Below are positions 38,751 through 51,463 of a stretch of DNA of 64,000 nucleotides, piece after piece (the stretch's first letter is position 1; every line of letters starts with the position of its first letter). A program made the position numbers and the translations under genes. Location: contig NC_045697.1 in NCBI RefSeq assembly GCF_009834535.1, forward strand, positions 22,694,001-22,758,000, read 5' to 3'. This DNA comes from Camelus ferus (taxonomy: Eukaryota). The notes under the pieces are model-generated. The model made no database searches and was not told the DNA's origin. It saw only the letters and a program-made list of their open reading frames with translations.

Positions 38751-41700
38751 GTATTAATTGGTGGGAAATCCATTCTTTCAATTGTTCATGCCCCCCACCC
38801 CAAAACTTGAAGTCACCAGCATGTGTCCAATCCAACAAGAAACGCCAAAATTCTTTCAATGACCAACAAGGCTACAACTGTTTGAATTGAACGATTGCAG
38901 TTTGGAGTAGAGAAAAGCAGTAAGCTGACTTTATTTTAAAAAGATCATCATCAATTATTATGGAAACCACTTAGGAGGCTACTAAAGTAATTCAGATGAG
39001 AGGACGGTGACGTGGTTCTAGGAAGTACTGGGAGAGTGTTGAGAAATGATTGTACTCTGTCTGTATTTTGAAATAACACTAATTGCACTTTCTGTTGGAT
39101 TGGAAATGTGTATCAATGATGTCTCAAGTTTATTGTGCCTGTGGAGTTGGAAGGGTGGATTTGTCACAAATTATATTGTATAATTGTATAATAGTCTATT
39201 AAATCACTGTATCAGTGTATGTAACCTACCCACATTATTTTCAAAACTTTCTGTGCCATTATAAGTGTTTCTTGTTAAAGCATATATTTATGCTTTTTCA
39301 AGGGAAGAGTACAGTCTAATTACATACGTTTTAGTTTCTATTATATTTAGACTCACTTATTTTGCATGCTATTCTTTGCTTGTCTTCTTTTCTCTGTGAC
39401 TTATGTTCAATCAACTAAGATTTCCTCTGCTGGCTATACACTATATTTTTCTAAGTTAACTTAGGTTGTTTATTTACCTTGTTTATGTACTGCATTTCTC
39501 TAATTACCACTCTAAATTAAAGCTTACACATATTAACTCCATGATCAAAACATGGCCTAAATTTGAAGCATATTTTCTTTAAGGGCTAATATAGGTGCTA
39601 TTACTAGAAATGGAAATAGAAGCTGAGCAGGAGGAACTGTATATAATGTTTTCTTTTATCTCACTGAAACAGTCTCTTAAATTAGCCATATGCCATATTT
39701 AACTACAAAATTCCACTTTGATTCCATTTATTTCATAATCATGATTGGTGTATTAAAAAATGAGCATGGATAGCAAATATTCAGAACCTTTTCCATGTCT
39801 CATAATGTCATTTAATTAAAACTCTTGTGAAAGACTTTGAAATAGACCAAAAGGTGTCTTTTCATAGAAAATCTGTAACCCAAATGGGTATTAATGCATT
39901 GAGTCTGTGCCTTTCATTGTCTGAGTTACTTTAGTTATTTTGCTTCTTTGCTAAGATGTGAAAAATGAATAGCAATGCAAATTATTTTTTTCCTTAGAGA
40001 TACAAATGAATTTTGTTGGAGGTGTAATTAATACCTTTCCCACCTACAGACAAAATTTAGTTTTGCATTTATGAAGCAAATTTTTTCAGATTCCTAATTG
40101 CCTATACATGTATCTGTGTTTTGGAATCACAGTGAACCAATTTTTCCATTTTACTGGCTTCTTCATTAATTATTTAGTTAAATAAATATCTGAAATGTGT
40201 TAAATTTGTATTTGTACAGAAATTACAATATTAACTTTAGACATATTATTTAATAACTCATACTTAATAAACAGAGGGCTAGGTAAAAAAACTTACAAGT
40301 TTTTAATGTTTGTCATTTTCATACCAAATTTAAGGGCATTGATCTATTATTTTTAATCAGCCAGTGCTGCAGTAGAAAATTCTGTTCGGATGTTTATCTT
40401 TTATAGATAAGCTTTGTCTTTTCTTCGAAAGCTTTTATCATTTTGTAATTTATAAAGTGAATCTATCAATTATAACCTATTCTCTTCAGCACATAGCCAG
40501 ATTCTTTTTATCCAAAACTTCAGTTTTTCCAACAAATTAGAGAAATAACATTTTATCACTTTTTAACTACTCTGCTTCATTTTTTACATACTGTCAACTA
40601 TATAACTTTTCCTTCATACGTGTTGGTATATTTCTTTCCCTTTAAGCATATTTCTACCAGACTTAGAGATAGTGAATAATCTGCCCAAGCTCACAAATGG
40701 TGAAAAGTGACAGAACTGGAATTTAGAATCCAGAAGCTCATCCCGTAACATCAAAATGTTTATGTTATTTTCTATTATTGTATTTTAGCAACAAGAGCAA
40801 CAGACAGGAAGCTTATAGTGGTTAGTGGATACTAAATTCAATGATCTATCCTATTTTCATCAAGGATATAGACATCAAAAATCGAAGAAAAGTGAAATCT
40901 TTGCACCTGTCCAACTAAGTCTACACTTCCACATTTTCTTATTTTATTTTCTGGAGAGAGCAACTCTAACGTGCATTCATAGAGCTACCTCAAAACTTAC
41001 ACAGTAACTTTGATTGCCTAAATAGAGGAGTATCTACATAGAGATTTGAAATTGTCTGTCTGCTATGAAGAAAATTGCTGATGCTTAAAAAGACAAGCAC
41101 CAAAGAAAACACAAATTCAGACCCCGAGGTCTCCAACTAGAGAGAAAGTGCAGGTGACTCAGGCACGACAATAGCATGTTGGAGGGAATTAAGTATTTCT
41201 TAGGAATCAATAAAAGCTCTTTTATTAAAAACTATTATTTGAGAAAATGCATAAACAAAACTAAATCAGGGTAATTTGCGTGCTGAAGCAATAAGTCCAG
41301 AGAAACTGTAAACCACCGTATTTGGAAAATAAGGAAAAGATTATCAACCAGATCAGAAGCATTTCCTTAGCTATAGCAGTTACCACCAGATGCAGAGTAG
41401 GAGGACAACTAGTATCTGAAATGAGAATCTTGTGTGCATCCTTTGTATGTCGTGTATAAAAGTATGTGATCTACACTTGACGTAGCTCCTCTTTATAAAT
41501 GGCAGTGCAGTCATCTCTTTGGTAGTCCTTGAAAAGCTCTTAACAGAAAAAGAAATTAAAAACAAACAAAAAAAAAAAACAAGAAAGAAAAAAAATTAGG
41601 ATTACAGCTATACAGTTCCCTGTCTATTTATACCCGAGTGGGTTGGGCCCCACATGACATTAGAACAGACAAAAGCTGGGAAGCGGTCCAATAATCTTGG

Positions 41701-41820
41701 AGATTTCTCCTGAACAATTTTGTCTGGATCCGGCACATATTCCTCTTTTTGTAGTCATTTCATTGACATAGGACAAACTCGACAGGTAACCACTATCCTT
41801 CTGACTATCAATTAATAAAG

Positions 41821-41940
41821 AATATGGGATTTACCTTTATATAGGACCACCAGCAACATTTTCGATCTCCGTGCAATACAGAAAATGTATCTCTAACATG
41901 GAGATTTTGATGACATCAACTCAGAGAGTTTTTGCTAAGA
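41821..41940 (+). pseudogene. Exon remnant D: kinase subdomain IX (alphaF)
   Basis: Reads IWDLPLYRTTSNIFDLRAIQKMYL*; SNIFDLRAI resembles SDIFSLGxI (AAC for GAC, CGT for GGT). Donor aga|GTaaag at 41941. Acceptor is uncertain (41819-20 or 41843-44). Confidence 0.5.
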
Positions 41941-43144
41941 GTAAAGGAATATAAAAACACACAACATTTGCACTAGGAGGCATTAATGTTAACACACTAA
42001 AAATTTACGCGATAGGTCTGATATTCTCCTCTCGTGGGTGTCTAACTTCCACACGTGGGTTTGAAATCATCTATGACAAAGTTGACTGCTAACTTTGAAT
42101 AATTGATAATTGCCTATTTCTTTTACAAACTGGGATTTTTCTAAGCCTTTCCTGTTCCTCTATCTTTTTCCTTTTCCTTAAATCTGTTAGCTTCTCTCAA
42201 GGACTGAAGCAGTCAGGAGGTGAATGTTCTATCTTGGTTTAACTAGCCCCTTAGGAGTGCTTCAGAGGCAGAAAAAAAGAAGCATAAGACTCAGTGAAGG
42301 ACAAAGGGAAAAAAGGACTACATGTGGTGAAAATCAACTTCTGATCCCTGTTCCCTTGTGATACATTATAACACACCTTACTGAAGACTAATAGAAAATG
42401 TCCTGAAAGTTTCAATTTCTATGCTCCTACTAAGCCACAATTCAGCTCTTAAAGATGCTGCTAATATGCTACAGAGAAAACACACAACCCCTCCAAAATT
42501 TTGGCACTTGTTGGGATGCGGTTCATTACTTTCTGCTGGTTAGGATTTACTTAGTCTCTTAGCAGTGAGCGATGTTTTAAAAGTTAAGAATCTAAGACTA
42601 GAAAGATACAAGATTTGCAGCAGCAGTTTTATTAAAAAAAAAAAAAATCAGGCAACTATCCAAGCTGTTTTTTTGTTGTTGCTCAACAGAGAATTTTATT
42701 AAAGACTTTCACTATAAATGTGGATAAATAATAATACTTAGCAAATGTACTTGAATTAATTAAAATGTTTGTTTGCCAGATATTTGTTAAGTCTATGTAT
42801 TATGAGGATAAAATTAATCTTTTTCATTTGTTCCCCATAATCAAATAAGGAATTTTTCATTCTCTTTCTCTCCCTCTCGCTTTCTCTTCTTCTTATACGC
42901 AAGCAACTGTCATTCAAAGTCAATTAGAAAAATCCCTCAAGAAAGTTTTAACACAGTTTGAATTAGATGATTTCAAGTTTAAAGGTCAAAGTTTTTGTTG
43001 AGGACTTCACCCTTGATTTCCCTCCGTTTGCCTTCATCTCATACTGAAATCTGAGGAGCAATTAAAGAAAAAGCTTAGCAAAGTTTTAAACAAGCAGAAC
43101 AGGAACTTGAACTCTGTTGCCAGGATTTTTTTTTTTTTTTTAAG

Positions 43145-43430
43145 TAGTACGCTACTTTTAAAATGAGACATTCTCTGAAAAAGATTTCTAGTATAAAACA
43201 TTCAAGCACGCTAAAATGATAGCAAGTCATTTTACATATCGACTTCACGATGTTCGTTGGTTTCAATGGATACATCATCTCCAGTATCAATTTATTATGG
43301 CTCTTTCATGTCTGTTAATCAATCTAATTGAATTTTCTATCAGAGAGACAATTATCAATCATAGGTGTCCTCAAGCACTTGTTCCAAGATCAAAACCAAC
43401 TGTTAAAAATGTACATGGCACTTTATCTAG
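43145..43430 (+). pseudogene. Exon remnant E: kinase subdomains X-XI and linker
   Basis: Poly-T acceptor ending aAG (43143-44) and donor tag|GTgagt (43431). Reads ...MIASHFTYRLHDVRWFQWIHHLQYQFIMALSCLLINLIEFSIRE, +1 shift, LSIIGVLKHLFQDQNQLLKMYMALYL, resembling IRE1 [23 protein letters not shown]. Two stops in the 5' part. Confidence 0.68.
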
Positions 43431-44084
43431 GTGAGTACATTAATGTCATAGGACCCTGGAATATTAAATCACAAGAGACCTTGAACCAAACTCCCCTTAG
43501 TGTATGGATGTTAAATACAGGCAGATGGAGGCTAGGTGATTGGTGCAAAATTCCTAGGTAACTGGTCACATGATATGCCCTCAAAACAGGCTTCCCAAGT
43601 CCCAACCTACTGCAGTTTTCAGTATGTGAATTGGGACACCAGAGGGAGAAAAATTTCCTTTTCCAATTATGTCTCTATTGATAAACTTAAAAAAGAGAGA
43701 CAGATTGTGTGGAAATTAATCTTTATATAATATCTTTATTGGTCAATAAAATGCATTTAATGAATTTAAAAGCCAAGCCATTGTCTTCCAAAAATAGGTG
43801 GTAATTTTGAATCACTGATTATTTTTCTCTTTTTTAAATAGAAAAAAATGCCTCAAAGGGACCTAAACATATATGAAATATAATCATCTTCCTAAAACTT
43901 TAAATATAAGAACTTGAGACAAAATAAAATTACAAAAGGATGCAAGATTTATCATCGGCTCATTAAAATGTGTTGATAAATATACATATAAAACTATTAA
44001 AACTGACTGCTTATATGATTCTGTTACCAGTTAGAATAATTAAATGAGGAAAAATAAGCCCTGTATCTTTTGAGATTTCGGCTA

Positions 44085-44290
44085 CAGGCCTGTGGAACAA
44101 GAATACTCTTGGATTAATTAAGAGCTCCATCATTTTCTAGTCTTGTGACCTTGGACGTTTTTTAGGTCTCAAGTTCTTCATCTGAAAAACAGGTGACATT
44201 CAACTATGGTTGTTGTAAAGATTAATAAAATATTTCCTATGGAGATCTTGGCACAGTGCTTGGCCCATGGTAAACTCAATAAATGCCACT
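44085..44290 (+). mobile_element. MIR SINE
   Basis: tgtgaccttggac...ttcttcatctgaaaaac...gttgtaaagattaa...gcacagtgcttggc...ctcaataaatg. Confidence 0.72.
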
Positions 44291-46295
44291 TATTTGGGGA
44301 TTCATCAAAATCAATTACTGAAACACTTCAGGAAATGTAATGCATGTTGAAGGCTAATCACTAGACATTACAGTCAGCAGGTCTGGAAAACAAGAATGAG
44401 AGGAGACTGAAAGGTAAAATTATCCTCATGGGAAGTAATCTCATTTGTAAAATCCACATCCTCAGGTGATCAGAGAAACAAATGAAGTTTATTCTGATAA
44501 TGACTAAGTGTGTTCACTTTAGCTTAAAGAAAGAGAACTGATGGATTTTAGAAAAACTATTTGTTCTCATTCCTTTATTGGTTTTGACCTACCACCTCCT
44601 ACTATTTCACAATTTGATTTCCACCCCTGCGCTACTGTTGCAACTGTTCTGCTGCCGGACAGCTACACCTTCTAATTACCAAAGCCAATGGACAACTGAT
44701 CTAACAGTACTTGCAGGCAGTGATGACTGTCCTTCAATCTATCCCACCTCAGGCACTTATCTTCTCTATGCATCAAGTTTTCTTTTCTGTAATAAAGATT
44801 AAATAATGTAACCTACATGAAAGTTATTTTTTAATTATTAAAGGAGTTAATGCTTATACAGTCCTTACACCACCTGGCATATTAGTAATTAGATTATCAC
44901 TCAGTATTATTGATGAATGATTTCCTACTAAACTACTAATTGTTAGTTTGCCTCAAATCTCCTTGACCACCAACTCTGGCTTATCTTCATTCATACAAGA
45001 AAGGGTAGTGAACCCTGAGGTTATGTTCTTACTCTTTTCTTTGTTCTGTTCTTACTTGTATCTGTCTCCCTAAGTGAACTTGTTTTTTCCCAGTATTGCT
45101 GGTTGCCATGGATACAACTCCTCCATGCCCCATTTCACATACTCAAGGCTCTCACTTGAACTCTTAATCTCTATTTCCATTTGATTTCTGCCCACAAACA
45201 CCTGTATATATCACGGAAATCTCGTATACAATGTGTCTAAAATTAAGTCATTGACCCTTGATCCAAACTCACTCTTCCATTTTATTAATTTATCATTTAG
45301 TGATAGAGTCATTTAAGTCATAATGTTTAATAATTCTTGTTTAAATTAACAATGATAATTATAACGAATATGAATTGAGTGCTAACTCTGGGTATTAAGT
45401 CCCAGGAGTTACACCTAATACATACTAAGTTTTATTTTTCACATCCTAAAAAGACCTAGCTGCTAAGTTACCTACTAATAATCTCTGTCACTGTTTATTT
45501 CTGCCATCAACCCTTTCTTCAAACTTTTCTCTCAAATCCCTTTTATACATGTTTTGCTAAATTTGTGTTTCTGAAATAGACATTTGACTGCACCGTTCCA
45601 CTGCATGAAATGCTTCAATAATTTCATCCCATAACTTGCATCATGAAATTAATATGCCCAGTAAATAGTCCTTCACCTTTGGTCCCTGCTTATCTTTCTA
45701 ATTTCATCCTTTCCATTCTTTATTGCTCCTCAGACTCCTGCCAACCAAGTAATTTCTGTTTCCCTGGGTGTATTATAAACTTTTCTATATCTGTGCTTTC
45801 CTTGCAAGGTTTCTTCTGCATAAGAAATCTTTCTTTTTCTCACATAATAGTCCTCAACGTTATAGCCAATATTTAAGTGCTCAGAATATGTCACATTGTT
45901 CTATGACCTTTACCTTGATGAATGCATTTGTCCTAAAAACAATATTATAAGGTAGGAGCTATTGTTAGCTCTACTTTATAGCCAAGGAAACTTAGGTAGG
46001 AAACCTTAAGTAAATGTCCAAAGTTAAAGAGTTTTTATGTGACAGAATCCATGCTCTTAATCACCCTGTCTTTCTTGGACATGGCTTCAGTCTCACTTTG
46101 ATGACATACTAAGCTTTATGCTCCTTTATGGTTTTTCCATAGTGTTTAGGACGTATATCAAGTAACCTCACTATTGCATCTATGTGAAGTGTCTACCCTA
46201 CCCTTTAAATTCTCAACAACCTTTGAAGCTATGGACTATGTTTTTTAAATGCATCAAATGAATGAATTGAATGAATATTCTTTTATCCAAAACAG

Positions 46296-46421
46296 GATTT
46301 CCTTGGAGACTGAACCAAAAAAAAAAAAAAAAAAAAAAGGAAAATTAGTTTGTACTAGAGAGAATATGAAGAAAGATAACATTCTTTATAGAAATTGGAG
46401 GGAAAAGTTATTAACTAAATG
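46296..46421 (+). pseudogene. Candidate exon remnant F: N-terminal KEN-domain helices
   Basis: Acceptor cttttatccaaaacAG| (46294-95) and an internal A22 run. Reads GKLVCTRENMKKDNILYRNWREKLLTK (46339-46419), resembling IRE1 GPIVKQLE...DWRENI. Donor tg|GTagac is weak. Confidence 0.38.
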
Positions 46422-47256
46422 GTAGACATCTTACTGACCGTAAATGCTTGGTAGTAGAACACCGGATCAAATATTTTCCAATAGTTATGCGCTTATAAAT
46501 GAAAGTTCAGGAGTAGGAGGTTGTCCTACTGTTGGTTTATTCTTGAAAGGGAAAATGATGCAGAATAGCCACATTGACTGGGAGGAAGGTTGTATGGATC
46601 TTGAAAATAATCAAAGCAGGAACCATCTCATACCAGATGAACACTTAGTGCTGATGTAGGGCTGGTTCTGGAGCAACAGGGTATTCTGAGGAAAAGTTAT
46701 GGTGAGAGTTCAAGATAGTACTTGGGTGAGGCGGACCCTCTGACCGATGGTAAGCAAGGCCAAGATCTGCAAAACGTAAAAAAAGTAATAGATTGAGCTG
46801 AGAGAAAACATTCCATTAAAGGAGAATATCCAGTGAAATGACTGGAGAAGATGCTAGAGATGTAGTTTGTAGATGGTTCATAATCTGGAGAAACATAATA
46901 AAAACTGGAAGTTAGGATGTAGTTGCTGAAAGTATACATTAATGAATTGGTTCAGTTTCTGAAAGTAAAAGGTTAAACATGAGGTTTGGCTCTACTTGTT
47001 AGCTGTGTGGAACTTGGCAAAATAACCCAACTTTCTTGAGTTTTTATTTTCTCCTCTGTAGAGAAAACCATCGGTCCTTCTATATTGAGAGGTCATAAGA
47101 GTTATTTAACGCATGACCTTAAACTACTTAACATAATGTATTATACAAAGTCAGTGGTCAATAAACAGTAGTTCATATTGTTGTTGCTGGTTGTTTTTTT
47201 TTTTCAGATGATTCACTAATACGTTGTAAATGTCAGTTAACATTTCTTTTGTGCAG

Positions 47257-47410
47257 AAATACTTTTAAGGGGAAAGTCTTGAGTGTACTGAGTATTTGAA
47301 TCGTTTCTTCACCATTTGACAAAGATATAGGACCATGTTTCTACTTTTGTTTTTTTTTTACAAAATCGTTTTATTTCATCATCTTCTTCCCCCATCATTT
47401 CCAAGGTCAA
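47257..47410 (+). pseudogene. Candidate exon remnant G: KEN catalytic region
   Basis: Acceptor catttcttttgtgcAG| (47255-56). Reads NTFKGKVLSVLSI*(possibly R), NRF..HH, DKDIGPCFYF, poly-T, QNRF, 4-nt insert, HHLL. Resembles RNase L IGDPSLYFQKTFPDL and IRE1 YFTSRFPHLL. Needs several indels. Confidence 0.45.
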
Positions 47411-48885
47411 AGAGACAGGAAGCACCACAGCAAAACCAATCATGCACTTCAGAGTCTTCATATGTTCACCCAAGAAAACTCAAAACTCTTGCCAGTTCCA
47501 GCAGACATAGAGATACATTTACTCTGGCAAATTCAATACTATTAAATAATTAGGAGATCAAGAGACACAATAACAGCGTGTTCATCTCACCTATTAGGGA
47601 AGAAAAAGCAAGATGGTTAAGTTTTATGAAATTCCTACTCTATATATTCATAAAATCATTTAGAAGAGTCAAACTGAAAATTTTAAATGTCACAAAGACT
47701 AAATAGTAATAAGTGAGAAATGATAATCCACACAGCAATGTAAAAGAAGACAATTGTGACTTTTTTAAGTGTTGCTAGAAATTCCCCCTGTATGTCCATA
47801 TGACTTTTATTGAAATAATATTAAAACAGTGAACTCACTGCCCAACAGTTGTATTCTTTTAAACATTAAAATGGAAAAACCCTGGGTCTTACTTTAGCTG
47901 TATAATTTGTATTTAAATTTCAGAACACACTTCTGTCATTTTCAGTGTCAATATATCCTTACTATATAGTTACAAGATATAAAGAAACTATGAGAATAGC
48001 CACTCCAACTTGGTGATAATCTGTATTTAGGAAAATGGCAATGAGCCAAACTAGAGAGAAGAATAATGAGAGAAGAAAAAACTCAGATTCCTTGGAAAAT
48101 TATTTAAGATTTTTATTTAGTTTAATAGATCAATGTTTATTAATGCCATTTCAAAGCCAACCTTAATAATTATGAAGTAGCAAAGGACTAAGCATATATA
48201 GCTCTTTTAATAAGCTATATTGTAATTCTGTATTGCTGAAGATGGAGAGGTGACAACATATATTTTAGCATCTGTATTGAATTCTGATCATTTTTCGCTT
48301 AGTCAATAGATGATGTAATTATTTGAAATCTCCACTTGCATTTTAAAATTTCAGCACATATATTGGCTGAATTTAGTGTGCATTGGAAGAGTTACAACTA
48401 TTTCAGTTGTTGCTATGAATTTACAGGACCTAAGACAAACAGCAATTGAATAATTGCATCCCTTTTTCCTTGTCATGGAACACTTTTCAGTCATTATCAC
48501 CATCATCATATGGACATAGGGCAAGATTTGCTTTTTTAAGCAATGAAACATGTTATAAACTAAAATGGGAAACAATGATAACTTTCAAGAATTAAAAATG
48601 TTGATCACTGAATGTTCTTCTCATTTGTGCTTTCATGTTCCTTCCAGTATTCTGCCTTGTATTACAGTTGTAAATAAAAAATATTAAAGTTATCTATTCA
48701 TTTTCTGTTTGGATTTATTTAGGACAAGATATTAATCTAGGCCATGTGAAGGAAACAAAGATGATCAACATAGAGTGTGCTAATCTGCATCAAAATTACA
48801 AACACAAATAAATCATTTTCCTACAAAACACTTATGCACACACACAAACACAAAAACAAATAATTGTTTAAAAGAAACTAGCATT

Positions 48886-49031
48886 GGGGGAGGGTATAGC
48901 TTAGTGGCAAAGCGTGGAGTATTCAGTATGCACGAGGTCCTGGGTTCAATCCCCCAGTACCTCCATTAAAAAATAAATAAATAAATAAATCTAATTACTG
49001 CCCCCACCTAAAAAAAAAAAAAAAAAAAAAA
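48886..49031 (+). mobile_element. Camelid tRNA-derived SINE (Vic-1-like)
   Basis: ggggagggtatagcttagtgg (A box), gaggtcctgggttcaatcccc (B box), (AAAT)n, ctaattac, poly-A; imperfect TSD aaaagaaactagcat / aaaagaagaccagcat. Confidence 0.88.
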
Positions 49032-51293
49032 GAAGACCAGCATAACACTTATATCAATCATATTAATTATTCCTACATTCCTACAGCTTTTCATCCTGAG
49101 AGTTTTATCACTGTCTGAAATTATGTTGCTTCTTTGCTTGTGTCCACAGGCTGGAATAGTTTCAGAAGTTCAGTGGCCTTATTTATCTGATTATTCCCTA
49201 TAATACCTACACTGCATTATAGCTTTAGATCAGTTTATAGCACATAATAAGTGCTCAGTAAATATTTGTTGAATGAATACATGAGTTTTTTCGAGGATTA
49301 AAAAAATAATCCACATACAGCTCTTAATACAGTTGTGTACACAGTAATCCCTTATTATCATGAGCTATTTATTGATGTTGCTGTTATTTTTAAATGATTC
49401 AGAATGTTATGATCAGGGAAAGTTTAAAAGCAAGAGTGACATGTGAGCTTGTTCCTAAAGGTCAATGTTTCAGTAAACGGGGAGATGGGAAATTTAAGGC
49501 AAAAGAAACGGCAAGATGGACTCTGGATCAGAATCTCTGGAGTGCAGGCCACACTGTACGTTAACATACTGGTGCTAACACTCAGATAAAGAGGGCTTGC
49601 TTAAATATAAGTGGAACAATTTGGACTTGATCCTAGAGGAGCAAAGAGCTAGCAACTTGTAAATTCCTTGAAGGACATCATATGCCCCTTTATTCTTAAT
49701 TTCAACCACCAGGACATAACTTCTGCCTCATTTCTTATACTACAAAGATGAATTTCAAAGCAAATGTAGGCTGGCTCAGCCCTACCCTGTCAAAGATAAA
49801 TACGCAGATGAACTAGGAGTTCTGTTTGCTAAAGTTCACCTCCTGACCAATTAAATCTTGCCCTGCTGCTCAGCGTGACCCAGGAAAGTGGCCGTCACTC
49901 ATGCTTGCTCTCTCAGTCTGTACCATCGACAGTCATACAGAACAATGTTTTTTTTTAAACCAAATATTTATACAGCAGACTATCGAAAAAAATTCTAAAT
50001 ATACTCTCTTTTAAAACCCAAGAGAGTAAAATAACCTCATTATTTTTAAATACTGAAAATGTACAGGATCCAGACACACTGAGTCATATTAAGTATATAC
50101 AGTTTACTTAAATATTCACTTAATATGCTCTTAAGATCTCTATGACAGAAGCAAATATTTTCCCCATTTCTTTGAGCAATAGATTCAAAAGCAAGAGTGA
50201 CAGTGCTATTGAAGTCCATGAAACATTTTTCCAAGTTCAGTTATTCAGTCTCTGTATTGTTCCTACATCATCTATCGCTCAGAATCCTTCTACACCAGCT
50301 CAGTAATAGTGACTGCAGCTAAAGTAAAGGAAGTGGGTCTACAAAGCACTTTATTTCCTTATTCAATAAGATTTTTATGGAGAAAAGGCAAACAACTGCC
50401 ATTCAAATCAGATTATATATGCTTAACAGTTATGTAACCTTATATAAAATTAAATCCAACTCTCTGCACTACAAATCTGTAAGGAATCAGAAGGGGATTT
50501 ATATAAAATCTGGACTATTGTTGCATTCCACCCTTGAAGTCATTCTGAGTTAAAATAGGAATTTTTCCAAGACTCAAAGAAAAACTGTATTTTTAAAAGG
50601 GGATTATTTTTAATCATTGAATACATCATTTTTATTACTAAGACTGGAAAAGCAATACTTTTTTCCCACTGTAAATTCATTCTGATGAAAGAAAGAATTC
50701 TCTCACTTTCAACTCCTAACAAATGCCATATTCTCAAGACTAGAAGAATTATCAGCAGTCATTCCTTCTTCTTGATCTACGTTATTTTTCTCTAAATTAT
50801 GTCAAGTGAACTTTTAAAGATTCAGGGAGGGGGAGCTTCATAATTTTTTTCTCTCAGCAAATTCTGAGGTGGCTCCTTTAGCCTCGGGCTTTCTTTGTGG
50901 TCTTTTTCTTCCTCTCCTTTGTCTTCTGGTTTCTCATCCTTCTAGAAGTTGAGGGATAAGCTGATTATGCACAAATATGTAAGGGTTATTTCTCTGTTTA
51001 ACTCTCTTTTCCTTTTGGGTGGAACTCTTTAGGGAAATCCCTTGGCCTGCATCTCATCATTTATGAAATGTCTGAGTGTGCATTGATGTGAATAGAGCAA
51101 GTCTTGTAGATTCCAGACCGTACTGGTGGGTGAGGGGAGCCCCACCAACTCCAGTTTGCCATTATCACTGACTTGGTTGCACAAGGAAGTGGAGCAAATG
51201 AGACAGCTGGGGCATTTTACTTTCCCAAGTGTTTTACTCAATTTGCATAATTTGTGTTAACTGATCTACAGGCATAATTAGAATGCCTCCAAC

Positions 51294-51463
51294 TTTTTTT
51301 TAATTTAAGTATAGTCAGTTTACAATATTGTGTCAATTTCTGGTGTACAGCATAATGTCTCAGTCATACATATACATACATATATCCCTTTTCATGTTCT
51401 TTTTCATTATAGGTTAATAAAAGATATTGACTATAGTTCCCTGTGCCATACAGAAGAAACTTG
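51294..51463 (-). mobile_element. Short camelid-type L1 3' end
   Basis: Reverse complement of the same 3'UTR as 22981-23205 and 57113-57495. Confidence 0.85.

Larger units (their letters stand above)
128..47410 (+). pseudogene. Decayed multi-exon Ser/Thr kinase + putative KEN ribonuclease gene (IRE1/RNase L-like architecture), 5' part outside the window
   Basis: Seven candidate exon remnants, most AG...GT bounded, whose translations match kinase subdomains II to XI and then KEN-like motifs in the correct genomic order. Every segment needs a stop read-through or frameshift. Confidence 0.72.

Noticed and set aside
41380..41565. Minus-strand 61-aa ORF with apparent splice sites
   Set aside because: No homology recognised, acceptor derives from an A-rich tract, and no partner exons were found.
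128..47410. Calling the remnant ERN1, ERN2, RNASEL or a processed CDK pseudogene
   Set aside because: Similarity is motif-level only, exon layout differs from those genes as I recall them, and large introns exclude a retrocopy.
48886..48965. tRNA gene
   Set aside because: A and B boxes belong to a SINE head followed by a tail, poly-A and TSD.
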